Notes: generated by a model from the letters alone, not told the origin. Counted from the first letter of the stretch, positions 27,529 through 35,507 are shown. The stretch is DNA of 64,000 nt from Patescibacteria group bacterium (GCA_018900835.1 JAHIFQ010000004.1:21141-85140), one strand, 5' to 3'. Numbers and translations: made by a program.

Positions 27529-27936
27529 TTGAGTAAAATTATGCAAGAACATATTCTCGTTATAGAAGATGATAAATTCCTAAGAGAGCTTATATCAAGA
27601 AAGCTTTTAAGCGAGGGATTTAAAATAGATGAAGCAATAGACGGAGAAGAGGGCTTGAGAAAAATAGAGGAGGCAAAACCGGACTTGGTTTTGCTTGACC
27701 TCATTCTGCCGGGACTTGATGGCTTTGAGGTGTTAGAGAGGATAAAAGACAATCCGAGCACAAATATAGTGCCTGTGCTTATACTTTCAAATCTGGGGCA
27801 AAGAGACGAGATAGAGAGGGGGCTGAAATTGGGGGCAGTTGATTTCCTGGTAAAGGCGCATTTTACACCAGAGGAAATAGTGGAAAAGATTAAAAACATT
27901 TTTGAGAAGAAATCCGCGCCCAGCAAAAGCGAATAG
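27529..27936 (+). CDS. single-domain response regulator (receiver only)
   Basis: HILVIEDDKFL..DLVLLDLILPGLDG..LILSNLG..AVDFLVK. Confidence 0.85.
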   Translation: MSKIMQEHILVIEDDKFLRELISRKLLSEGFKIDEAIDGEEGLRKIEEAKPDLVLLDLILPGLDGFEVLERIKDNPSTNIVPVLILSNLGQRDEIERGLKLGAVDFLVKAHFTPEEIVEKIKNIFEKKSAPSKSE

Positions 27937-28001
27937 TTCCATTGGTCTTGGCAAGAATAATCTCGAGGAAAGTCCTGAGCAAGGACTTTTCTTCGCGCAA
28001 T

Positions 28002-28940
28002 ATGCTTGTTTTAATTTTTGGAAAAGATACTTATAGGGCATGGCAAAAACTAAAAGAGATAGTTAGCGCTTTTGAAAAGGAAAATAAGATTTCTTTGTCT
28101 TTGGATTCGCTTGGGGATGAAGTTGTTACAATAGAAGATTTAAAAAACGAGTTAAGGCATAGCTCAATGTTTGAAAAGAAAAAAATAGTTATCCTAAGGA
28201 ATGTTCTTGGCAATGCGAATTTTAAAGAAGGAATTATAAAAGAAATTAAAAGCTTATCAGGGAACGAAGATGTCTCAATAATTTTTTATGAAGAAGGCAA
28301 TGCGTCTATTGATGCGGATTTTCTAAAACTTTTAAAGAAACAAGGCACTGTTTATAAATTTGACCTTTTAAAAGCAGAGGATTCAAAAAAATGGATTAAA
28401 GAAGAATTATCTTTACTTGGAGCGACCATTAAGCCGGATGCGCTTGTTTTATTGGTCAATTCAACAGGTGGCGATTTGTGGCGATTATCATCAGAAATCA
28501 AAAAGCTCGTTGCTTATAAGGCGGAAAAAAAGAGCATTGAAAAAAAGGATGTGGAATTATTGGTAAGACCGAACATTGAAGCCGTGATTTTTAAGACCAT
28601 TGATGCAATTGCTTCGGGAAACAAAAAAATTGCGCTTGATTTGCTATACAAACATTTGGGAAAAGGCGATTCCCCGTTCTATATCTTTTCAATGATAATA
28701 TATCAATTTAGAAATTTATTGATTGTCAAAGAATTAGAGAGCAGTTCTTTTGAGGAAAAAGTGAAGATTTTAAGGCCCATGCATCCTTTTGTTGTAAAAA
28801 AAAGCTCTTGGCTTGCCAACGAGTTTTCTTTGGTTCAACTGAAAGATATTTATTTAAAAATTTTTAAAATGGATTTGGCAGTTAAAACAGGAAAAATAAA
28901 ACCAGAGACAGCTCTGGAATTATTGATTGCAGATATTTAG
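28002..28940 (+). CDS. holA: DNA polymerase III delta subunit (HolA-like)
   Basis: ATG at 28002 (MLVLIFGKDTYRAWQKLKEI) after the hairpin AAAGTCCT-GAGCA-AGGACTTT (27969-27989). Length and pattern fit delta (..GGDLWRLSSEIKKL..). Confidence 0.65.
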   Translation: MLVLIFGKDTYRAWQKLKEIVSAFEKENKISLSLDSLGDEVVTIEDLKNELRHSSMFEKKKIVILRNVLGNANFKEGIIKEIKSLSGNEDVSIIFYEEGNASIDADFLKLLKKQGTVYKFDLLKAEDSKKWIKEELSLLGATIKPDALVLLVNSTGGDLWRLSSEIKKLVAYKAEKKSIEKKDVELLVRPNIEAVIFKTIDAIASGNKKIALDLLYKHLGKGDSPFYIFSMIIYQFRNLLIVKELESSSFEEKVKILRPMHPFVVKKSSWLANEFSLVQLKDIYLKIFKMDLAVKTGKIKPETALELLIADI

Positions 28941-28946
28941 AGGATT

Positions 28947-29201
28947 TTACTTTAGAATCCGGGTGACGCTGGATTTTTTTCTATTAGCAGTATTTTTCTT
29001 GATGACATTTTCTTTTGCCGCCTTATCAACTGCTTTGTAATACTTGGGAAGCAATTCTAACGCTTCCTTTATTTTGTTTTCTTTTTTTAAAGAAAGGATT
29101 TGTTTCTGCAAGTCCTTAATTGTTTTTTTATAACGCAAATTAGACGCCCTGTTCCTGCGTTCTTTTCTTAGTGACTTGATGGCTGCTTTTTTAATAGGCA
29201 T
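28947..29201 (-). CDS. rpsT: 30S ribosomal protein S20
   Basis: Internal ATG at 29201 gives MPIKKAAIKSLRKERRNRASNLRYKKTIKDL... The longer ORF-track start reads through an upstream heptamer repeat. Confidence 0.85.
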   Translation of the reverse strand: MPIKKAAIKSLRKERRNRASNLRYKKTIKDLQKQILSLKKENKIKEALELLPKYYKAVDKAAKENVIKKNTANRKKSSVTRILK

Positions 29202-29219
29202 ATTCTTTTTAGTAAAATT

Positions 29220-29254
29220 AAAAATGAAAAATGAAAAATGAAAAATGAAAAATA
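29220..29254. repeat. heptanucleotide tandem repeat (AAAAATG) x5
   Basis: Copies at 29220, 29227, 29234, 29241 and 29248 (the last is AAAAATA), immediately upstream of rpsT on the opposite strand. Confidence 0.9.
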
Positions 29255-29369
29255 GAAACAAGATATCTCCTTATAATTTCTTGTGATTGATACAATATCA
29301 TATCTTGATTTTTGTTTCAAGTCCAAATGATTGAAAAGAGACGAGGAATGGGGTAATATTAAAGCAGAT

Positions 29370-29672
29370 ATGGAAAAAATACCCCAATTTTTGCAGAAAT
29401 ATTTTTGGGATGTGGAATTTTTAACCCTGGACATAAAAAAGCACTCACAATTTGTTATTGAGAGGATTTTAGAATATGGAGACAAAAAATCAATAAAATG
29501 GATGGAAGATAATTTTCCTTCAGAAGAAATTAAAAATACCCTTTCTATTTCCAAAAACCTTTCGCAAAAATCAGCCAATTTTTGGCAGCTTATTTTTGAT
29601 TTAGATAAGAATAAAATTTTATGCTTGAACAAATCATTTCAAAAAAAACACAAAGCAATCTGGAGATATTAA
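29370..29672 (+). CDS. small protein paired with AbiEii-type NTase (antitoxin-like, DUF-type)
   Basis: ATG at 29370 (MEKIPQFLQKYFWDVEFLTLDIKKHSQFVIERILEYGD). Overlaps the downstream NTase gene by 52 nt. I recall this pattern as a frequent partner of AbiEii-like genes; not searched. Confidence 0.4.
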   Translation: MEKIPQFLQKYFWDVEFLTLDIKKHSQFVIERILEYGDKKSIKWMEDNFPSEEIKNTLSISKNLSQKSANFWQLIFDLDKNKILCLNKSFQKKHKAIWRY

Positions 29673-30238
29673 AAAAATCAGGCCTGATTGCAAATTTTTA
29701 TCTTGTTGGCGGCACAGGGTTGGCTTTATATTTAAAGCATCGCATTTCTGTTGATTTGGATTTTTTCAGCAAAAAAGAGTTCAACAGCCAATCAATGATT
29801 CAGAAGATTAAAAAGTTAGGTAAATTTTCAATCGCAAAAGAATCAGAAAATACTTTGACAGGAGTTTTTAATGACACAAAAATCGCTTTTTTGACATACG
29901 ATTATCCGCTTCTTTTTCCGTTGAAAAAAATTGGCAATATTAATGTTGCTGACATAAAAGATATCGCTTGTATGAAAATTTCTGCGATTTCTTCCCGTGG
30001 AAGCAAGAAGGACTTTATTGATTTATACTTTATTTGCCAGCAGGGCATTTCATTAAAACAGGCATTAGTATTGTTTGAAAAGAAATATAAGAGCATTGAT
30101 TATAATATGGTGCATATTTTGAAAAGTTTGGTCTTTTTTGATGATGCTCACAATGACCCTATGCCAAAAATGTTAGTTCCCGTTATGTGGGAACAGGTTA
30201 AGAGATTTTTTCAAGAAAAAGTAAAAACGAGTCAATGA
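29621..30238 (+). CDS. nucleotidyltransferase of the AbiEii/AbiGii toxin family
   Basis: FYLVGGTGLALYLKHRISVDLDFFS.. ..SRGSKKDFIDLYF is the characteristic DUF1814/AbiEii pattern. Confidence 0.6.
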   Translation: MLEQIISKKTQSNLEILKKSGLIANFYLVGGTGLALYLKHRISVDLDFFSKKEFNSQSMIQKIKKLGKFSIAKESENTLTGVFNDTKIAFLTYDYPLLFPLKKIGNINVADIKDIACMKISAISSRGSKKDFIDLYFICQQGISLKQALVLFEKKYKSIDYNMVHILKSLVFFDDAHNDPMPKMLVPVMWEQVKRFFQEKVKTSQ

Positions 30239-30360
30239 TTTCTTTTATCAGGGGTAAAATAAAAGCAAAAGATGAAGAATTTGTTATTGTTGAAAACAAT
30301 GATATTGGTTTTAAGGTTTTTGTTTCCCCAAAGACCTTGGAAAAATTAAATATAGGAGAG
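30233..30360 (+). repeat. 128-bp direct repeat, left copy (ruvA 5' end)
   Basis: Reads as identical by eye to 32156-32283: CA + ATG + the first 42 ruvA codons. Confidence 0.9.
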
Positions 30361-30435
30361 GTCGGGTTCGACGCGTACAGGGTCGGCTATGCCTATCAGC
30401 ACTGTGGGTCGGCGTCCGGCTTTCTCCCGCAGTAG
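30235..30435 (+). pseudogene. truncated ruvA 5' fragment (ruvA') fused to foreign sequence
   Basis: The first 42 aa (MISFIRGKIKAKDEEFVIVENNDIGFKVFVSPKTLEKLNIGE) are identical to ruvA at 32158. The frame then diverges into GC-rich DNA and stops after 66 aa. Confidence 0.75.
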
Positions 30436-30508
30436 CGCTTTGTACTCTTGAGACTTTTGAACCCTTTTGGGGGTTTGATTCCTTGTCTCCGGAGCGAAAA
30501 ACATGAAC

Positions 30509-30549
30509 GAGGGCTGGCCACACATGGTGGACAGCCCTCCTCCTCTTTT
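30509..30549 (+). terminator. strong hairpin ending the GC-rich block
   Basis: GAGGGCTG (30509-30516) pairs with CAGCCCTC (30532-30539). An inner stem pairs CCAC with GTGG. Followed by CTCCTCTTTT. Confidence 0.4.
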
Positions 30550-30832
30550 AAAATATGTATAGATTTGATATACTGATAAATGAGTATAGGCTAATGTATA
30601 GCAGTTTACGGATTGCTATCGCCGAACTCTCTCTTCAATAAAGAAAGAGAAAAAACAACCAGAATCTTGACGACTACGGTTTTCAAGAGCGAGTTGTCTT
30701 GAGGAGATACTGCTTGCTTCTGTCTATGGTAGATGTCCTGAGTTTATTAATGGGCTGCTACCGAATAAAATACAGGAAGAAGTAGAGAAATTAGGGACGT
30801 GTAGCATTTTACTTAAATTGTTAAAAATAAAT

Positions 30833-31864
30833 ATGAATAATTTTAAAAATTATTTAATAGCACAAATCAAAAAATTAACTAGCAATAAAAAAAATGTATG
30901 GATAACTGGCATTGTTATATTAATTTTAATTATTTCAATAGGAGCATGGAAAGTACTGAGCAATAAAACGCCTCTTGATATAAACTCGTCAATTGAAGAA
31001 GTATCCTTGGGCACGGATAAGACTGAACACTCTCAAGGCGAAGAAAAAGTAACCTTGGTCACAGATAAGACAGAATATGCTCAAGGTGAAAGCGTGAAAA
31101 TTGATATTTCTAATTTAACAACGAAAAATATTGAATATAGTCCAAGTTTCTCGCCATGTTGCGGCGGTGTTTTTATAGATAAAAAGAATAGTGAAAATGT
31201 ATGGAAACGTATTTATACTTCAATTGCTGAGCCACGAATAGGACCATCTTCGTCAGAAGAAAGAATGAATGAGGGCTGGCTCTTGCTAGAACCAAAGATA
31301 CAAATACAAATAGAATCGGACATGTTGGTACAAGTCGAAGGATCAAGAATTCAAGCTCCAGCTGGCATTTATCGAATTGGATTTAGATGGTATTATTCGT
31401 CTTCAGAAGACGGCAATGTGTCTTATTCTAACGAGTTTATGATTGAAGGAGATGAGAAAATGAGTTTTAACAAACAACCAACTGTTTCAACAAATAAATT
31501 AGAGTATGTACAAGGCGAAGAAATTATAATAAAAATACACAATCAAGGTACGCCTATTTTTTATCAGCCCAATCTTTGTCAACCAGAGTGTTGCTTTGCT
31601 CAAAAAACTATAAATGGAAGATTTAGAGTAGTAGATATATCACCATGCCTATCACCACCCCAAGCTCCACCTGGCGTAGACTTCGAAAGGATTCCTAGCA
31701 AGATAGAATCTGGGGAAGAAATTATTGAAATATTAGAAACAAATCCAGAATGGGAAGATGAAATAGAAGTTGGCACCTATAGACTCTTTTTTTATTATTC
31801 ACGTAACGAAGAAATGCAAGATAGCCATGCTGTATACTCTAACGAGTTTACAATTAGTCAATAG
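30833..31864 (+). CDS. membrane-anchored two-domain protein with paired Cys-Cys motifs (unknown family)
   Basis: ATG at 30833 within ORF 30818..31864; N-terminal TM VWITGIVILILIISIGAW. Two homologous halves: TDKTEYAQGESVKIDISN...CCGG...VSYSNEFMIEG, and TNKLEYVQGEEIIIKIHN...ECCF...AVYSNEFTISQ. Confidence 0.5.
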   Translation: MNNFKNYLIAQIKKLTSNKKNVWITGIVILILIISIGAWKVLSNKTPLDINSSIEEVSLGTDKTEHSQGEEKVTLVTDKTEYAQGESVKIDISNLTTKNIEYSPSFSPCCGGVFIDKKNSENVWKRIYTSIAEPRIGPSSSEERMNEGWLLLEPKIQIQIESDMLVQVEGSRIQAPAGIYRIGFRWYYSSSEDGNVSYSNEFMIEGDEKMSFNKQPTVSTNKLEYVQGEEIIIKIHNQGTPIFYQPNLCQPECCFAQKTINGRFRVVDISPCLSPPQAPPGVDFERIPSKIESGEEIIEILETNPEWEDEIEVGTYRLFFYYSRNEEMQDSHAVYSNEFTISQ

Positions 31865-31943
31865 TTATAGCAAATTAGGCAAATTAGAGACGTGTACCAT
31901 TTTACCCATTTTACTGAATGCGTTCAACAAGGGGAGCTGTTCC

Positions 31944-31970
31944 AAAAACCCTCTATTCATGAGGGTTTTT
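31944..31970 (+). terminator. intrinsic terminator
   Basis: AAAAACCCTC-TATTCAT-GAGGGTTTTT. Confidence 0.65.
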
Positions 31971-32122
31971 GAATCATTTGGCGTAGGATGTTAGAACTTT
32001 TTCAATTGGTCCATCCCGCGCAAAACATTATGTCGCCTCCTTGTGTGCGGTTTTTTTACATTGAGCGTGATATAAAGTCAAATTTTGAAAATAATTGTTT
32101 GAAAATGATAGCGAGTGGGTAG

Positions 32123-32151
32123 TTGAAAACAGGCGGGGAATAGGGTAATAT
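32123..32151 (+). promoter_or_regulatory. promoter for the intact ruvA copy (leaderless geometry)
   Basis: TTGAAA (32123-32128), 17-nt spacer, TAATAT (32146-32151); the ruvA ATG is at 32158. Confidence 0.45.
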
Positions 32152-32155
32152 TAAA

Positions 32156-32283
32156 CAATGATTTCTTTTATCAGGGGTAAAATAAAAGCAAAAGATGAAG
32201 AATTTGTTATTGTTGAAAACAATGATATTGGTTTTAAGGTTTTTGTTTCCCCAAAGACCTTGGAAAAATTAAATATAGGAGAG
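32156..32283 (+). repeat. 128-bp direct repeat, right copy (start of intact ruvA)
   Basis: Reads as identical by eye to 30233-30360. Confidence 0.9.
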
Positions 32284-32727
32284 ATAGTAGAGTTTTTTAT
32301 TTTTTTCGCTATTCGCAATGAAAAGCCGGAATTATACGGGCTTTTGACGCAGGAAGAATTAAGGGTCTTTGAAATTATAGAAAAAGTTTCAGGAATCGGG
32401 CCCAAAGGAGCAATGCTTATCGCCTCATTGGGAACATTTGACGAGCTTAAAGAAGCCATAGAAATCCAGGATTTTGGTTTTTTCTCCAAAATTAAAGGAA
32501 TCGGGAAAAAGAAAATTCAGAAGATTATCTTGGAATTAGGGGGCAGCATAAAAAGAATCGAGGAAATAAAAGATAAAAGTCCGCAACAAGACGAGGCATT
32601 CAGGGGCTTGGTAGCATTAGGGTTTTCTCAAAAAGAAGCGAAAGAGGCGTTATCAAATGTGCCAATGGAAGTCAAAGACACGAGTCAAAGAGTCCAACAG
32701 GCGTTAAGACAATTCACAAAGAAATGA
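32158..32727 (+). CDS. ruvA: Holliday junction DNA helicase subunit RuvA
   Basis: OB-fold N-terminus; HhH motifs VSGIGPKGAMLI and IKGIGKKKIQKI; C-terminal domain III ALVALGFSQKEAKEAL. Confidence 0.9.
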   Translation: MISFIRGKIKAKDEEFVIVENNDIGFKVFVSPKTLEKLNIGEIVEFFIFFAIRNEKPELYGLLTQEELRVFEIIEKVSGIGPKGAMLIASLGTFDELKEAIEIQDFGFFSKIKGIGKKKIQKIILELGGSIKRIEEIKDKSPQQDEAFRGLVALGFSQKEAKEALSNVPMEVKDTSQRVQQALRQFTKK

Positions 32728-34034
32728 TAAAAAGAATCCTAAAAAAGATTTTTCCGCAATTTCTTCTGAACTGGTATTACCAGTTTTTTCCTCTATTAGG
32801 CGCTGTTTTATATAGATTCCCGTCAAGAAAAATAGTGGTGGTTGGAGTGACTGGAACTAATGGAAAATCCACGACAATTCAGCTAATTTCGGATATTCTA
32901 AGGCAAGCGGGATTTATGGTTGCTTCGCTTTCTTCAATTCGTTTCCAAATAGGAGATAAAACAAGACAGAATAAACTTAAAATGACAATGCCGGGCCGGC
33001 TTAAGATGCATCATTTTTTAAGACAAGCGGTAAATAAAGGATGTCAATACGCTGTGCTGGAGGTAACATCTGAAGGAATCAAGCAGTTTCGTCATAAGTT
33101 TATCAATTTTGACGCGGTGATTTTCACCAATTTAGAGAAAGAACATATTGAATCCCATGGTTCATTTGAAAAATATCAACAAGCCAAAGAAAAGTTGTTC
33201 CAAGTCCGCGGGATTAAGAGCTCTATAGTTAATTTAGACGACAGGTATGCCAATGGTTTTCTGAAATTTCCAATTGAGGAGAAATGGGGATATATGATAA
33301 AGCCAAAAGCCAAAAGCCAAAAACTAGAAACAGAAAGCCAAAAGCCAAAAACAGAAACAAAGGGAATAAATATTGTAAGCGGAGAAGCAATAAGATTATT
33401 TGATGACCATTCGGAATTTTCTGTAAAAGGACAGGGATTTTTCATTCCTTTGGTCGGAGAGTTTAATATTTATAACGCTCTGGCAGCTGTTTCTTTCGGG
33501 ATGTCCCAGGGTATAGATTTAAATGTGATGGCAGAGGCCTTGAAGAAAACAGAATCTATTCCGGGTAGGATGGAATTCGTGATAAAAGAGCCGTTTAAAG
33601 TAGTGGTTGATTATGCCCATACGCCTAAAGCTCTTGAAAGCGTATATAAAACGCTTTCTATGGGAAAACAGCAGAACGCAGAAAAGAAATTAATATGTGT
33701 TTTAGGTTCTTGCGGGGGCGGTAGGGATAAATGGAAAAGACCGGCTTTCGGGTCTTTAGCAGGCCAATATTGCGATAAGATTATTTTAACCAATGAAGAC
33801 CCTTATGACGAAGACCCGATTCAAATTATTGAAGAAGTTGAGGCAGGCGTTCCCCAGAGCGCTAATTGCGAGAAGATTTTTGACAGACGAGAGGCGATTA
33901 GGAGGGCGCTGTCCTTAGCCAACCCCGGGGACACAGTGGCGATTACAGGCAAAGGGGGCGAGCCCTGGATTTGTGCGGCTGGAGGGAAAAAGATTTCCTG
34001 GGATGACAGGCAGGTAGCAAGAGAGGAAATGTAA
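32724..34034 (+). CDS. murE: Mur ligase, MurE-like (UDP-MurNAc-tripeptide synthetase)
   Basis: VVGVTGTNGKSTT, LEVTSEGIKQFR, FTNLEKEHIESHGSFEKYQQAKEKLF, DYAHTP. Contains a K/Q/P-rich low-complexity insert. Confidence 0.7.
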   Translation: MIKRILKKIFPQFLLNWYYQFFPLLGAVLYRFPSRKIVVVGVTGTNGKSTTIQLISDILRQAGFMVASLSSIRFQIGDKTRQNKLKMTMPGRLKMHHFLRQAVNKGCQYAVLEVTSEGIKQFRHKFINFDAVIFTNLEKEHIESHGSFEKYQQAKEKLFQVRGIKSSIVNLDDRYANGFLKFPIEEKWGYMIKPKAKSQKLETESQKPKTETKGINIVSGEAIRLFDDHSEFSVKGQGFFIPLVGEFNIYNALAAVSFGMSQGIDLNVMAEALKKTESIPGRMEFVIKEPFKVVVDYAHTPKALESVYKTLSMGKQQNAEKKLICVLGSCGGGRDKWKRPAFGSLAGQYCDKIILTNEDPYDEDPIQIIEEVEAGVPQSANCEKIFDRREAIRRALSLANPGDTVAITGKGGEPWICAAGGKKISWDDRQVAREEM

Positions 34035-34055
34035 TTTTTGAAATAATTTCTAAAT

Positions 34056-35492
34056 ATGGTTAAAGATGCATTCAAAAAAATAGACCAATATTTATGGGAA
34101 TTACCAGCGTCTTTTAGGCAAGGAATGAGGGTGGGCGTTAGAATCTATTCTTCTGATAAATTATGGGCGCAAATAGAAGAAGAGTCCTTAGAGCAATTGA
34201 TGAATTGCGCTTTTTTGCCGGGAATTATTGGTTACGCTTTTGGTATGCCTGATATCCATTCTGGTTATGGTCCGCCGATTGGAGGAGTTGGAGCAATGGA
34301 GATAAGCCAAGGAGTAATTTCTCCTGGATTTGTAGGGTTTGACGAAAATTGTGGGGTGCGTTTGCTTAAATCGCAACTTAATCAAAAGGAGATTGAGCCA
34401 TATTTAGAAAAGTTGGCAGACAGAATTGAAAAGGAAATTCCTTCGGGATTGGGCAGAGGCAGAAAAACAAAATTAAGCATTAACCAAATAAATAAAGTGC
34501 TTGATAATGGTGTGCCATGGTTAGTAGAGCAGGGTTATGGCGTAGAACAAGATATTGAAAATTGTGAAGAAGGGGGATGTATGCGCGATGCTGATTCCGC
34601 ATTCGTTTCAGACAGAGCAAAAAATCGCGGGAGAGACCAGCTCGGAACCTTGGGAAGCGGAAATCATTTTTTAGAAATTCAAACAGTGGAAGAAATTTAT
34701 GACAAACAAGTAGCTGAAACATTTGGATTATTTACCGGACAAATAGTGGCAATGATTCATACTGGTTCGCGGGGTTTGGGACATCAGAATTGTTCTGATT
34801 ATTTAAAATCTGCTTTACAAGCAATGCCAAAGTATAAGATTAGTGTGCCAGACAAGGAATTGGCTTGCACCCCGTTTAATTCTCCAGAAGGTCAAAATTT
34901 TCTGAAAGCAATGTATGCTGTTTGTAATTTTGCTTGGGCAAATAGGCAGATTGTCACCCATTATGCCCGCAAGGCGTTTAAGGAAATAATTGGCAATTCC
35001 AATGACCTTGTTCTTTTGTATGATGTGGCTCATAATATTGTTAAAATTGAGGAACACGAAGTTAATGGCGGAATTATGAAGTTAATAGTTCATCGCAAAG
35101 GTGCAACAAGAGCTTTCCCAGCTGGGCATTCCGGGATTCCGGAAAGATATAAGTCGGCTGGACAGCCGGTTCTTATCCCTGGTTCTATGGGAACATCTTC
35201 TTATGTCTGCGTGGGCACGGAAAAGTCAAAAGAGGCCTGGCATACAGTAAATCACGGGGCAGGGAGAGCAATGTCCAGGCATGCGGCAATTAACCAAATC
35301 AGGGGGGAAGATGTTGTTAATCACTTGCAAAAACAGGGAATTTTGGTAAAGTGTCATTCAGCGAGGAATATTGCCGAAGAAGCACCTTTGGCTTATAAAA
35401 ATATTAATGATGTAGTAGATGTAGTTCAGGGAGCAGGGCTTGCCAGAAAAGTTGCTCGATTGAAACCATTGGCAGTTATAAAGGGAGAATAA
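34056..35492 (+). CDS. rtcB: RNA-splicing ligase RtcB
   Basis: GMPDIHSGYGPPIGGV, GSGNHFLEIQ, HTGSRGLGHQ, HRKGATRA, NHGAGR. Confidence 0.9.
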   Translation: MVKDAFKKIDQYLWELPASFRQGMRVGVRIYSSDKLWAQIEEESLEQLMNCAFLPGIIGYAFGMPDIHSGYGPPIGGVGAMEISQGVISPGFVGFDENCGVRLLKSQLNQKEIEPYLEKLADRIEKEIPSGLGRGRKTKLSINQINKVLDNGVPWLVEQGYGVEQDIENCEEGGCMRDADSAFVSDRAKNRGRDQLGTLGSGNHFLEIQTVEEIYDKQVAETFGLFTGQIVAMIHTGSRGLGHQNCSDYLKSALQAMPKYKISVPDKELACTPFNSPEGQNFLKAMYAVCNFAWANRQIVTHYARKAFKEIIGNSNDLVLLYDVAHNIVKIEEHEVNGGIMKLIVHRKGATRAFPAGHSGIPERYKSAGQPVLIPGSMGTSSYVCVGTEKSKEAWHTVNHGAGRAMSRHAAINQIRGEDVVNHLQKQGILVKCHSARNIAEEAPLAYKNINDVVDVVQGAGLARKVARLKPLAVIKGE

Positions 35493-35507
35493 AAATTGAA
35501 AAATTTT

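Larger units (their letters stand above)
30361..32155 (+). mobile_element. 1795-bp inserted segment in ruvA (recombinase-less; possible non-autonomous integrative element or remnant)
   Basis: Bounded by the perfect 128-bp direct repeats. Carries a GC-rich block, one ORF, terminator hairpins and a promoter for the intact ruvA copy. Confidence 0.5.

Noticed and set aside
29220-29254. CRISPR-like or other repeat array.
   Set aside because: It is a 7-nt unit with no spacers, so a simple microsatellite. No CRISPR repeat-spacer architecture occurs anywhere in the window.
29168-29632. 154-aa minus-strand ORF, and the long form of rpsT (28947..29261).
   Set aside because: Both read through the AAAAATG heptamer array (giving FIFHFSFFIF). 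S20 homology starts at the internal ATG at 29201.
30361-30549. RNase P RNA fragment (minus strand GGGAGAAAGCCGGAC resembles CR-I), a c-di-GMP or ZTP riboswitch, or a group I/II intron in ruvA.
   Set aside because: The other universally conserved RNase P, riboswitch or intron-domain sequences are absent. An intron would not duplicate 128 bp of exon. Left as an unclassified structured block.
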